A stretch of 41,224 nt of DNA from Octopus bimaculoides (GCF_001194135.2 NC_069010.1:127654-168877), one strand, 5' to 3'; positions 1 to 12,096 are shown, counted from the first letter of the stretch. Made by a program: numbers and translations. Notes: a model not told the origin generated them from the letters alone.

Positions 1-358
1 GAATTGCTTCAACATCTAACCATCTGTAGGTCTGATGTTATTTATTGTCAACTGTTGCAGAACTCAACCAACTCTCTGATTCCAATATGGCTAAAGGTCA
101 CTACAGATGTATGACTTTATCTCAGACAGTTTGATGATCATCTCAGTGTTGATATAATGTTTTCTTTGGTGAGAACAAGCTACTCTGGCAGTAAAATCTT
201 TATCTCCTTCACTTCTGGAATTATCTATCAGACTAACAGCTTGAACAATTTATCACCTACAATGTGTTGATGTGCTGCTTGAGCTGTGACACTGATTCTT
301 ACTTCCTTTACATCACCTTCATCATCCAAAAATGTTTCTTTATTAATTATGGAGACAT
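1..358 (-). mobile_element. Possible highly decayed LINE endonuclease remnant (also at 22730-23040)
   Basis: Minus-strand frames give NKETFLDDEGDV and, after a frameshift, GDKDFTARVA, which loosely resembles the GDFNARVG motif of AP endonucleases. Multiple stops; weak call. Confidence 0.3.
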
Positions 359-1860
359 TNNNNNNNNNNNNNNNNNNNNNNNNNNNNNNNNNNNNNNNNN
401 NNNNNNNNNNNNNNNNNNNNNNNNNNNNNNNNNNNNNNNNNNNNNNNNNNNNNNNNNNNNNNNNNNNNNNNNNNNNNNNNNNNNNNNNNNNNNNNNNNNN
501 NNNNNNNNNNNNNNNNNNNNNNNNNNNNNNNCATTAAGTATCAATAAACTTGATGTTAATCAATAAGGTCAGTTCTGTTGAATATTCTGATCATATATTT
601 AAAATATTATCTTAATGCAGAAAATGAAAAATGGAAGTAGACTAAACTTAAGAACTTAAAACCATGAAGGAACTCAGTACTGTNNNNNNNNNNAAGTAGA
701 CTAAACTTAAGAACTTAAAACCATGAAGGAACTCAGTACTGTGTTATCAATTTAATCACTGGATATTCAAACTATGCGTAAATGTAGTTGAATTTTTGTG
801 NNNNNNNNNNTTAATCACTGGATATTCAAACTATGCGTAAATGTAGTTGAATTTTTGTGTAATTTGGGGCATCTGTAATGTATATTTGTGTAATATTGTA
901 TTCATCATTTTATATTTTATCATTTTCAGTTCTGCAAAATGCNNNNNNNNNNTGTATTCATCATTTTATATTTTATCATTTTCAGTTCTGCAAAATGCTT
1001 AATTTGCAAAAAGAAGAGAGGCTATCTGGCACAATCGTTGCTATGTATCTAGGTCATTCGAAAGGAAACTTTCACCATAAAAACAAATGTAGTAAGACCC
1101 CAGTAGATCTCATTGAAAATTCAGAGTTTAAAAAGAAAATAGAAGAGCTTTTCCCATCGTTGTAAGTATTCCATGGCAAAGACAATGTAAATCAGTGAAT
1201 TTTCTATTTTGTATATAACCATGTTTATATGTATTGCGTTGTGTTAATTCTACCAATAAATTATACTGTCACTAGTGTCTTGACCAAAAACCACACAACA
1301 ATAGTAAGGACAATAAACAGAAAATACATTTGTTAGAGGGTCAAACAAAGAACACTATTTTCATTATATTCTCATGATTGATTGTATTGATAGTTATAGC
1401 TTGCAGACCTCTCCCCAACATACGTCTCTTAAACCACTATTTTAAAGTTCTGTGCCTACCAGAAAAAATGTAGTACTAAATAATGAAGTGAATGGACACA
1501 TTTTGAAATTGTTACTTGGAAGTGGAATTTGTCTACCAAGTTTTTCTGCCTCTTTTTTGTCCAAATCAGTCATCACCATGTGAAGTTTCATAAAAAAAAT
1601 CTTCTACAAATACACACTAACAATATGTGTGTGTAACACATTCAACGCTTCCAAAAACAAAACGAAGTTTGTTTACAAGATGTTATTGCATTCCAATTAA
1701 GCTATTATAGTTTGTTAAGCTATACGCAAACAAACTAGTGGAGATGAGAATACATTTATCAATGGTTTATTACTTTATGTAGACCGGGACTTAAGTTGAC
1801 CCTTATTTCTGTTTAGTTCATTCAGATTCGTTTCACATTCACTGTTGATAGTCTTTTGTT

Positions 1861-2785
1861 TTAAGGTGGTTCATAGTTGCCAAGGGGTGCTTTGGTATGT
1901 TGATGGACTTTGGCTTGTTGACAGGGGATGCAGGACCTGGTCCAGTCCCTGATTTTCTTGGCCATACCGTGCCAGATAAATTTGCTTGACAGCAGCTTTA
2001 GTACCTGGGTGGGAAAGTTCGGGAATGATGTNNNNNNNNNNNNNNNNNNNNNNNNNNNNNNNNNNNNNNNNNNNNNNNNNNNNNNNNNNNNNNNNNNNNN
2101 NNNNNNNNNNNNNNNNNNNNNNNNNNNNNNNNNNNNNNNNNNNNNNNNNNNNNNNNNNNNNNNNNNNNNNNNNNNNNNNNNNNNNNNNNNNNNNNNNNNA
2201 GAAAGTGATGTGATGGCAGTGCAGTAGGCCCTGATCTCGTCATCTGTCTGTTGGGTTACAGCCATAGCTTCGTAATCTAGTCCTTCCGTTATTGGTGCTA
2301 GGTAGGTGTGAGAGCGAGTAGGAGTGCGAGAGAGTGTGTTGGGAACTGGGTTTTCCTTGCCGGCTATGTGTTGGATGTCTGTTGTGTACTCAGAAATNNN
2401 NNNNNNNNNNNNTTCCAAGAGCTTGCTCATAGGGAAGGTGAGTGGTTTGTGATCTGTGAATACTGTAAACATGCGGCCTTGAAGGAGATAGTGAAAGTGG
2501 CGGACACCGAGATGAACAGCCAGTAGTTCCCTGTCAAAAGCACTGTATTTCTGTTCAGGGGGTCGTAGTTGTCGATTGAAGAAGGCGAGCAGTCACCACT
2601 GACTGTTGATGTGTTATTCCAAAACACCCCCAATGGCTGTGTCAGATNNNNNNNNNNTCAACTGTGAGTGCAGTCCGAGCTGACATGTGAGGATTGGACA
2701 GCATGGTTGCTTGTTATTCGAAGGCTGAAGTCCTTGTACTATCCCACTCCACCTGTCTTTTTGAACCCTCTTTTGACAGTGCCNN
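1861..2785 (-). mobile_element. Ty3/Gypsy LTR-retrotransposon pol fragment (RT connection, RNase H, integrase zinc-binding), decayed
   Basis: SDTAIGGVLE, YSAFDRELL, FTVFTDHKPLTF, ISEYTTDIQHIAGKENPVPNTLSR and KFIWHGMAKKIRDWTRSCIPCQQAKVHQHTKAP are typical Gypsy RH/IN motifs. Frameshifted and gapped; no LTRs recognised. Confidence 0.9.
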
Positions 2786-3344
2786 NNNNNNNNNNNNNNN
2801 NNNNNNNNNNNNNNNNNNNNNNNNNNNNNNNNNNNNNNNNNNNNNNNNNNNNNNNNNNNNNNNNNNNNNNCACGAATTGAGGTAGAGCTTTGCTTGTGGT
2901 GGGATGTGGAAAGGATAGGATAGCTTTTACTTTTCCTGGCATAAAAGACAGACAGACAGAAAAGGGAACAGTTAAAGAGTGATAAAACTATAAGTGTGGA
3001 CATATGATAGCCATACATAACTTTAAGCAGAGAGCTCACAAGAAGTAGATTAAGTGATGCTAAAACACTTTTTGTGTTCTTGTTGATTTTAGAAATGTGC
3101 TTTGTTCGTCACAGATCATTGTTTTCATCAATGCCAAGATCAAGTCCACCAGGAGACTTCTTAAGTTTTGTGTTATGCATGGAGTAGGTAAATTATGGGT
3201 TTTTTTTCTCAAAATCTACAGGCAGATTCAGTTGCCTGTCAGCGATCCATTACTGCAAGGAGTCAAAATCAGTTTGCAGGAATGACCTATAGCATATACT
3301 CATATACTTTGAGTTGGCATCTATTTAGTTAATACAAGATGCTA

Positions 3345-3790
3345 CAGAGGACCAGGAACAAACCCCTGCAAAACTTCAGATGTGATTTTATAGGATGCAG
3401 AATGATTTCCTTGTACTGTGACTAATTTGATTTGATGAAGAATGAAGCGTATCAACCAGATATAGTATTGGACCTTGTGAATATTTCTAACAGTTTCACC
3501 AGAATTAATTTGTGTGGCATAAAAGTAAAAAGGCTTTGGTGCAAGTTAAAATATATAACATCCACCTATGAATTACTATCTGCGATTTAGGTGATGTCTT
3601 CAAGAAATTCACAGCAGATGGAGTTAGAGATAAATCTGAATTGTGAGGGTTGAATAAGGTCATGAGAGATCCAGATGTTCCAGAGTGTTTCTTTCTGGCA
3701 CAAGACTTTATTAATTTGGTGAGACAACTCATGAAACTGACTGGACAATAATTGACAGGTGATGTGTGGTCACCCATTTTGGACAAAGGA
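3345..3790 (-). mobile_element. Decayed non-LTR (CR1/L2-like) reverse transcriptase fragment
   Basis: KMGDHTSPVNYCPVSFMSCLTKL resembles KGD...NYRPVSLTS..CKL. YILTCTKAF lies at the Y.D..KAF position, and VLQGFVPGPL at ~3350-3375 resembles GVPQGSVLGP. Confidence 0.65.
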
Positions 3791-4977
3791 ATAACACCGG
3801 AAATTTTCGTTTGTTCTGGGGATACAGAGTTACTAAAATCAAATTAGAAAAAGCTGGTGTAGCAGCAAAAGGAGGCTACCTTTGAGAAGCTGATAAATAA
3901 TAGATAACTGCTTCAGTGGGAGGTTAATGTAACTAATCTGGATTTTGGTCAAATCAAATGAGACAGAGAACATGTTTTTGGAGAAACATATATGAAGTGG
4001 ACAAGTTGTGAGAAAATGTTTGTGGATCAATGATTTCTTCAGATACACCAAGAACAATTACATCCTGTGTGGCCAAATTCAGTGGCTTTCTCAGTGTCCC
4101 CAGTTTGTGGATATAACTAGGGGCAGGTTTGTATATTGAGTATGCTGAAATGAGTCTTCATTGTGTGATTCTGCACGGATTCCTACTCTAATATCTGTTA
4201 TGTCAAATTTCTGAAGTTTCTGTCTGGATGCCAGCAATTGTTGGAAATGACACACAGATCAGCCACAGAAAGGACCAGTTTCGTAGTTCTATACTTCCTA
4301 TATTCCGTCCATCATAGAACCATTTTGTACCTTTTATTGGACTGGGATCATCAGGAGATTANNNNNNNNNNNNNNNNNNNNNNNNNNNNNNNNNNNNNNN
4401 NNNNNNNNNNNNNNNNNNNNNNNNNNNNNATATATATATATATATATATACAGATATGTTTCTTAGGCATTGTTCTGTTTTAGAGTTTTGACCTGTTTTG
4501 TTGCATATTGTTCACCCATACAAGAAGCATGACAAATGTACTCTGTCTGTCCATGCATACAATTCAAAAATCAAATATCTAAATATAGAGCACTTGTTAA
4601 ACAAATAAGATTTTGTTCAGAGGAAATTAGCTCAATACTAGAATTGAAGTATATTTCTGGAACATAATGNNNNNNNNNNNNNNNNNNNNNNNNNNNNNNN
4701 NNNNNNNNNNNNNNNNNNNNNNNNNNNNNNNNNNNNNNNNNNNNNNNNNNNNNNNNNNNNNNNNNNNNNNNNNNNNNNNNNNNNNNNNNNNNNNNGTGAG
4801 CATAGCATTCATATACACACACATATCTGCATTTATGTTATTGGTTAAAGAACTTTTTTATGTACTTTTGCGGGTTCTTGTAGTGTCTCAATATTTTGTA
4901 CTCTAAATATGTACTCAATCCAATACTTGTTATAAACGAATGTTATTGGTGGGATGTGTTTCTGTTTTGTTCCACAG

Positions 4978-5123
4978 ATGTCTGCTGTGTAAAAAGAAAG
5001 AACCTATAGTGGAGTTCCAACCATGTGAACACACTGTTATATGCAGAAATTGCTATAAAAATGAGAATGAGCTTAAAACTTGTCCCAAGTGTCAACGAGC
5101 TATAGAAACATGTAGTATACCTG
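4978..5123 (+). CDS. Internal exon encoding a RING-HC (C3HC4) zinc finger; intact copy A (phase 2 in, phase 1 out)
   Basis: Acceptor ttctgttttgttccacag| and donor G|gtaaga. Translation CLLCKKKEPIVEFQPCEHTVICRNCYKNENELKTCPKCQRAIETCSIP gives C-x2-C-x11-C-x-H-x3-C-x2-C-x9-C-x2-C. The F.PC.H..C..C spacing is typical of IAP/MIB/MDM2-type RINGs. Confidence 0.88.
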
Positions 5124-6382
5124 GTAAGAATACAATTTAATGCTCTGTCTGTTTGATTCATTGGCTTTACGATGGTGAATAATGTACTTTATATTGTTGT
5201 GTAGACCCAGGTCTGTCATAAGTTGGCACATTTATGATAAAAGGTGTTCTAGATGTCTTCTCTNNNNNNNNNNCACATTTATGATAAAAGGTGTTCTAGA
5301 TGTCTTCTCTTTGTGATACTATATCAATCCCCCCATCCACTAAATTTTGTCTTCATCCAAGTACAAGGTGTGCTATACTTCAAGAGGTTGCTAAGAGAAA
5401 TATCAATAATATTCCTGGCTTTTATCAGTAAATATTAACTTTTTAATGCCAATTGTGAGTGATTAGAGGTGATTAATGATTTATCAGTATCTTGTGAATC
5501 TGATAGCTATAGACAAAGGTAGTTACAAGAANNNNNNNNNNNNNNNNNNNNNNNNNNNNNNNNNNNNNNNNNNNNNNNNNNNNNNNNNNNNNNNNNNNNN
5601 NNNNNNNNNNNNNNNNNNNNNNNNNNNNNNNNNNNNNNNNNNNNNNNNNNNNNNNNNNNNNNNNNNNNNNNNNNNNNNNNNNNNNNNNNNNNNNNNNNNN
5701 NNNNNNNNNNNNNNNNNNNNNNNNNNNNNNNNNNNNNNNNNNNNNNNNNNNNNNNNNNNNNNNNNNNNNNNNNNNNNNNNNNNNNNNNNATAATTTGTCA
5801 TCTTATGAAGAGCTCCAATAATTACAGTAGTCTGATGTTTGATATGAAATATTTAATTAACACTTACTACAAAGTTTCAATAACATTTACCATCCATATT
5901 TATACTCATTCTTATTGGATTTTAGATTATATTAATGTTAATGCAGGCACAATTTTCTGNNNNNNNNNNNNNNNNNNNNNNNNNNNNNNNNNNNNNNNNN
6001 NNNNNNNNNNNNNNNNNNNNNNNNNNNNNNNNNNNNNNNNNNNNAAAAGAAATTATTGTTAGTATTTGGTACTGGACCTGGTACCATTTTTCTGCGATTC
6101 CTCATGGAACTACCATGATATCAACTGTTTTCAGATACAATCTATATAGATAACTAGCACTCCATCGGTTAGGATGATGAAAGATCCAGTTTTCCTATCA
6201 ATAAAACAGCCTGTTAATGAAATTAACATGAAAGTGGCTGAGTACTCCGAAGACGTGAGTACACTAAATGTAGTTCCCAGGAAGATTCATCATAACACAG
6301 AAGGTGAAAAGGCTGGCCCTTTAAAATATAAGTAGATCTTGTTTTAATCAACTGAATGGATAGCAGCAATATGAAAGAAAGT

Positions 6383-6587
6383 CAGATAATATACAATCTA
6401 TATAGATATCATTATAATGGTGGTCACTCACATATACATTTATCAGATTATATACAAACTATATATTTATAATTACAATGATGGTAACATATCCCTTTGC
6501 CAGATTATATATAATTTATATAGATATCATTATAATGATGGTCACATATCCCTTTGCCAGATTATATATAATCTCTATAGATATCAT
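6383..6587. repeat. 57-bp minisatellite, short allele (~3.6 units), copy A
   Basis: Unit ATCCCTTTGCCAGATTATATATAATCTATATAGATATCATTATAATGATGGTCACAT; same flanks as the long array in copy B. Confidence 0.9.
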
Positions 6588-6594
6588 TTTGGAA

Positions 6595-7075
6595 ACATCA
6601 TCAAAGTATATCTCCCCATGCTCTAGCAAACATGGATTCAGCTAAACTAGAGAGAGCTCCCATTCACAATCTCAACTCAGAATGCAGTGTCAGATTAATC
6701 AACTACAAGTTGAGTTGTTGAGGTACCAAGCAATTCTAATTATCATCTTCTTCTTAAGTTAAACCCAAGTCGGTTGATCTGATTCGAGAGTGCGGGGCAT
6801 TCAGGCAATATAACAAACTTATCAAACCTGGGGGTGAGTGGATACATGACAAACAACTGAATTGAATAATTTGATATATCATGATGTACCGCTTACTAGC
6901 ATCATTGAGGCAGATGCCTATTTCATGGCAGATATACCAGATAAAGAAAAGGTCGGCAGGCTGTATTTAGAAATCATATATGCCAGTGACACTGCTGTTT
7001 CTGTGCCAAAAACCAGCAAGATTNNNNNNNNNNCATCTCAAACAACGTTTATCAAAATCTGTCAATGGAACAATA
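6595..7075 (+). pseudogene. Decayed transposase-like coding remnant, unclassified (also at 29190-29655)
   Basis: Reads SPHALANMDSAKLERAPIHNLNSECSVRLINYKLS*GTKQF...QVKPKSVDLIR with stops. From recall it resembles AP(I/V)HNL..ERSVG.INY segments of transposon-derived proteins in marine invertebrates; not verified by search. Confidence 0.4.
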
Positions 7076-7851
7076 AGTAATAAATTTCAAAATTTACTTG
7101 AATAATGTGAGTTGCAAGACAGACTTAAGCCTTATTGATTTCAGTCATGCATTGGATGACTTGGTGTGAGGTTCTGAAGCCATAAAGGTTGTCAAAGTAT
7201 TATTTATCATATACATTTCAGAACTTCGGAAATGTTTTGTCTTCTGTAAAATTAAATTACTTAATTATTTGTCATTAAACTGCTTATTCCACATTCAATT
7301 CGAGTTCTTTGACGTCAAAAGCATATATAAAGACATCTCATATGACATTCTTGGTAACAACTACTGATTTTGTGAAAAAGATGTGTATCTTGGTCGCCCT
7401 CTTAAATTTGTGCCATATTGTAAAATCAAATTGTAAGACTAATACTATTTTTGGATTCAGCGTATTAAAAGAACCCATGCTAAGCTAAAATCTATATGCA
7501 TAAATGTGTAATGGTGTCTGTCTGTGTGTGTGTTTGGGGTTAATCTAACTCCTCTCGAATCGTCCAACCGATTTTAATGATTTTTGGTACATAGATAGAT
7601 TACATGCCCTGAATTTCAGATAAGGCCAGAATTTTTCGAAAACTCGATAATGCTCAGTTGGCATCGATTNNNNNNNNNNCTCGATAATGCTCAGTTGGCA
7701 TCGATTTTTGTGAGCTCAATCGGGCGTTTCAATGGAAATACCCATAACGATGTTATTATTTTTTGCAGCTTTTGCATTTTTTGGTCCGATTTTGATGAAA
7801 ATCAATGAGTGAGCGAGGCTCATGGCAGTGAGTTGATTTCAGTATATAGTG

Positions 7852-7920
7852 CTAGTCCAACCCATGCCAGCATAGAAAGCTGACGTTAAACGATGATGAT
7901 GATGATGATGATGATGAGTA
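7852..7920 (+). mobile_element. 5'-truncated SINE 3' end with (GAT)n tail, present only in copy A
   Basis: CATGCCAGCATAGAAAGCTGACGTTAAACGATGATGAT matches the tail of the SINE at 22091-22423. The empty site atatagtg|ttgataaaaa is seen in copy B at ~30381. Confidence 0.85.
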
Positions 7921-8174
7921 TTGATAAAAAATCGATAATTGCACCTGATCAGTGGTTATATAAAATCAATAGGCTTTTTGCATGCAAATACCCATAGGGA
8001 TTTTATTTTTGGCCATAACTTTTATATTTTTCNNNNNNNNNNTAATGAAATTTGAGATGTAGGTAAATTTTGTGGTGGGAGAGACGGTAAAGATGTTTAT
8101 TTAATTCAAAAGGGCTTTAAAAGGGGACAAATGCAAATAAGCATTTCCTTAGAGACATTCTTATTGATTTTGTA

Positions 8175-8236
8175 ATGCTGGCATCAACCAATGGACATGA
8201 ACTGTACAGTTCATGTCCATTAGTTGATGCCAGCAT
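8175..8236. repeat. 62-bp loopless palindrome (1 mismatch), copy A only
   Basis: ATGCTGGCATCAACCAATGGACATGAACTGT|ACAGTTCATGTCCATTAGTTGATGCCAGCAT; copy B (~30655-30685) has only the right arm. Confidence 0.85.
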
Positions 8237-10128
8237 GAAGAGTTGACAAAAATCNNNNNNNNNNTCCATTAGTTGATGCCAGCATGAAGAGTTGACAAAA
8301 ATCGATAATTGCACGTGAGTGGGAATTTTAAGAAATCAATAGGCTTTTTGTATGCAATTCCACATTGGATTAATATCTTATGCTGTAACTTTTACAGAAT
8401 TCATCTGATTTTGATGAAATTTAACTTTTAGGAAAAGTTTATCATTGGAGTCATGTAATAGAATTAAAATTAAACTGGTGAAAGGCAGAAATCGTCAAAA
8501 TTCATTCCCAATAAAATAATGAACTGATTTTGAAGAAAATTCACCCATGAGTAGAGTTAAGCACTTCGACATATGAAGCATCGATTATTCATATTGGGAT
8601 TTAAGATGGGATATTTTCATGTAAATGGTCACGTGGATTCTATTTTATGACATAAATTTAACACTTTCTTTCGGATTTTGCTGAGATTGAACACACTGAT
8701 TAATTTTGTACAGAGAGTGGCATTAAGAGGAGAGAAATAAACAAACGTCACTCTCAACAGTTGGAGGTACACCCAAAAGTTTGACTGTGATTTCAGATGG
8801 TCCATTATGATGAAATATGTTGAAAGTGTTAACTGGGTAAAATCCCTGCTGAACCAGATATAACATCTTAATGGGTANNNNNNNNNNNNNNNNNNNNNNN
8901 NNNNNNNNNNNNNNNNNNNNNNNNNNNNNNNNNNNNNNNNNNNNNNNNNNNNNNNNNNNNNNNNNNNNNNNNNNNNNNNNNNNNNNNNNNNNNNNNNNNN
9001 NNNNNNNNNNNNNNNNNNNNNNNNNNNNNNNNNNNNNNNNNNNNNNNNNNNNNNNNNNNNNNNNNNNNNNNNNNNNNNNNNNNNNNNNNNNNNNNNNNNG
9101 TTTATATCATTGTTTTGTGACCCTAGGCACAACTTTTGAGAAGCAATAAAAGATTAAAATAACATTCTCCATACCTGTACATGCATATCTAGTTTATCTT
9201 TAGTGCATTTTAGCCTCATGGTTTCAACATCGACAGACAGNNNNNNNNNNNNNNNNNNNNNNNNNNNNNNNNNNNNNNNNNNNNNNNNNNNNNNNNNNNN
9301 NNNNNNNNNNNNNTCTCGTTTCTTCTTTCAATCCATTTGATATTTCTTTGTATGTTACAACACTTTTTCTGTAGATCTTCAAACAGGGCTAGCAAACCTT
9401 CCTTCTTCTTGGGTCTGGTCAGCTTTCCACTGCTTTTCTAAGTCCTTCTTCTCCCTTCTTAACTGATGCATCTTTTTTTTCTCACCTACTTTCGTCAGAC
9501 TTAGCAGATAACTGCTTCTTGTTACCCTCCATTACATCAAATAACNNNNNNNNNNNNNNNNNNNNNNNNNNNNNNNNNNNNNNNNNNNNNNNNNNNNNNN
9601 NNNNNNNNNNNNNNNNNNNNNNNNNNNNNNNNNNNNNNNNNNNNNNNNNNNNNNNNNNNNNNNNNNNNNNNNNNNNNNNNNNNNNNNNNNNNNNNNNNNN
9701 NNNNNNNNNNNNNNNNNNNNNNNNNNNNNNNNNNNNNNNNNNNNNNNNNNNNNNNNNNNNNNNAAGTATTTATCTGTCTACTGCACTTTGACTCTTAGGG
9801 TGACTTTCTTCATGTTTGATGGTCAAATGACTTACACTGCTTCAATTTCTCCAAATAATTCTTGCCTTGATGGATCTTCAATCCCACTTAGGATTGTCTG
9901 CATCCTGAACCACATCCAGTACCTTCTGTATATAGACCAGTCTTATTTCTGAGCTCATGTCTGTATTCTCTTCAATGACCACAGTAGAAAGTATAGAAAT
10001 ATTGACCAAAACCATAGTGGTCATTAGTTAACCATTGATGATAACCATTATGATATCTCGTAATAATAGAATATTGATTATTAGCAGAAATAATGATACC
10101 ATACTGCAAAGAGAAATATTTATTTCAG

Positions 10129-10200
10129 TGGATCGACATTCAGGGAAGAAAGAAGTCCAGACAACAGAACATCCTTCAGAAAGTAAACTACCGTCAGATG
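10129..10200 (+). CDS. 72-nt symmetric phase-1 linker exon, copy A
   Basis: Acceptor tatttatttcag| and donor G|gtgagt. Open in phase 1: (V)DRHSGKKEVQTTEHPSESKLPSD(G). The phase matches the RING donor, and splice sites and frame are kept in copy B. Confidence 0.75.
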
Positions 10201-11398
10201 GTGAGTATAAAATAACAATTATTAATTGATTTCTGTAAAATTTAGCTACACATGTGTTTTTTTTTNNNNNNNNNNNNNNNNNNNNNNNNNNNNNNNNNNN
10301 NNNNNNNNNNNNNNNNNNNNNNNNNNNNNNNNNNNNNNNNNNNNNNNNNNNNNNNNNNNNNNNNNNNNNNNNNNNNNNNNNNNNNNNNNNNNNNNNNNNN
10401 NNNNNNNNNNNNNNNNNNNNNNNNNNNNNNNNNNNNNNNNNNNNNNNNNNNNNNNNNNNNNNNNNNNNNNNNNNNNNNNNNNNNNNNNNNNNNNNNNNNN
10501 NNNNNNNNNNNNNNNNNNNNNNNNNNNNNNNNNNNNNNNNNNNNNNNNNNNNNNNNNNNNNNNNNNNNNNNNNNNNNNNNNNNNNNNNNNNNNNNNNNNN
10601 NNNNNNNNNNNNNNNNNNNNNNNNNNNNNNNNNNNNNNNNNNNNNNNNNNNNNNNNNNNNNNNNNNNNNNNNNNNNNNNNNNNNNNNNNNNNNNNNNNNN
10701 NNNNNNNNNNNNNNNNNNNNNNNNNNNNNNNNNNNNNNNNNNNNNNNNNNNNNNNNNNNNNNNNNNNNNNNNNNNNNNNNNNNNNNNNACAATGTTTTTG
10801 TTTGTTTTACATTTTTCTGATAGCTTATTGTTGTTGTTCAGCCATATGCCATATTCTGGCATATGAAGACATCCAAATGTCTTCAGCTATTTTTCGACTC
10901 AGGGAATATNNNNNNNNNNNNNNNNNNNNNNNNNNNNNNNNNNNNNNNNNNNNNNNNNNNNNNNNNNNNNNNNNNNNNNNNNNNNNNNNNNNNNNNNNNN
11001 NNNNNNNNNNNNNNNNNNNNNNNNNNNNNNNNNNNNNNNNNNNNNNNNNNNNNNNNNNNNNNNNNNNNNNNNNNNNNNNNNNNNNNNNNNNNNNNNNNNN
11101 NNNNNNNNNNNNNNNNNNNNNNNNNNNNNNNNNNNNNNNNNNNNNNNNNNNNNNNNNNNNNTAAGACAGGAACGACAAAAGCAGAAGGGCATTATTATCA
11201 AGTTGTAATAACTAAATAAGATAATGGCTACAACGATAGGATTATGTAGAATGTGTTACAAGAAGAAAGAGGTTTAGGAAGGTTACTTTATTTTGTTNNN
11301 NNNNNNNNNNNNNNNNNNNNNNNNNNNNNNNNNNNNNNNNNNNNNNNNNNNNNNNNNNNNNNNNNNNNNNNNNNNNNNNNNNNNNNNNNNNNNNNNNT

Positions 11399-11488
11399 AA
11401 CCATGCGCGGAACCTTGGGCAAGTTTTTTCTACTATAGCCTCTGGCCGACCAAAGCCTTGTGAGAGAATTGGGTAGAAGGAGACTAAA
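11399..11488 (+). mobile_element. SINE fragment (same family as 32908-33254, opposite orientation)
   Basis: ACCTTGGGCAAG...CTACTATAGCCTCTGGCCGACCAAAGCCTTGTGAG matches the reverse complement of ~33150-33230. Confidence 0.75.
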
Positions 11489-12017
11489 ATAATGAGACCC
11501 CATGAGTGTCAAGATGAGATTTTGGGGGATTAAAACAATGAAACATTGGCACTCACATAAAGTGCACCTCTGATTTTGACCACCAATACCTGCAGATAAG
11601 TTCTGCTCTTTGTAGATCTTAACATGTCTTTTGAGGCCTCGGTTGGATTTGCAAATCTTCTAGCATACACTGCGATTTGAGGCCAGCCAAAGGCAGACAT
11701 CGTCTATCGCAGACATGGTCTGTCACAGACTGTACACACAGAAAGGTCATTGCCATTCAAATGATTTGTAAAGAGCCAGTTTTGTATTCCTATTTATATG
11801 TCGCTCAACACTCGAAGAATAAAAGTGAAATTATTAAAAGTGAAAGTATTACACGTAAAAGTATTAAAAGTGAAACTAATTTTAACTTACTCCGTCGAAA
11901 GTTTCACATTTATTCTTCTAGTTTTGAGAAATAATACGGAACCAGTGCTAATGTTTCATTGTTTTAATCCAAAAAAATTACATGTTGACACTCATGGGGC
12001 ATCATATTATTACCGTG
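11489..12017. mobile_element. Inverted-repeat (MITE/TIR-like) element carrying a captured LINE segment
   Basis: ~11489-11553 (CCCCATGAGTGTCAAGATGAGATTTTTGGGGGATTAAAACAATGAAACATTGGCACT) is the reverse complement of ~11944-12005 (AGTGCTAATGTTTCATTGTTTTAATCCAAAAAAATTACATGTTGACACTCATGGGG). The right end ...TTACCGTG is followed by TA; the left end looks truncated against the SINE. Confidence 0.6.
11550..11805. repeat. 256-bp exact direct repeat (partner 12312-12567, offset 762)
   Basis: Base-for-base identical, from CACTCACATAAAG to TATATGTCGCT; also seen as the shared ORF starts at 11677 and 12439. Confidence 0.9.
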
Positions 12018-12085
12018 TAAAATTTGATCTGATTTGGTTGAGCCGTTTGAGAGTGTATTGGGAACAGACAGGGATACAAGGATTT

Positions 12086-12096
12086 ATATGTATATA

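Larger units (their letters stand above)
7491..8877 (+). mobile_element. Old non-autonomous Helitron-like element, copy A (3' end hidden in the N gap)
   Basis: Starts A|TCTATATGCATAAATG...GTCTGTCTGTGTG like the young Helitron at 28074; internal repeated CCGATTTTGATGAAATT motifs. The full copy is at 30063-31376. Confidence 0.5.
1..11300. repeat. Intragenic segmental duplication, copy A (partner is 22728-34110)
   Basis: Collinear identity with copy B throughout: 4921-4980 vs 24361-24420 differ at 2/60; 10201-10255 vs 32580-32634; 10789-10840 vs 33255-33310; 11229-11296 vs 34065-34112. The left boundary is at or beyond the window start. Many N gaps. Confidence 0.95.

Noticed and set aside
635-995. 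Short tandem duplications of about 35-50 bp flanking 10-N gaps (684-693, 801-810, 943-952; also 5264-5273, 7670-7679, 8255-8264)
   Set aside because: These are unmerged overlapping contig ends; the paralogous copy B has a single copy at each site. Assembly artefact.
4978-5123. Assigning a gene symbol (MIB2, XIAP/BIRC)
   Set aside because: The RING spacing is shared by several E3 families, and the diagnostic upstream domains (ankyrin, MIB/HERC2, BIR) are not in the window.
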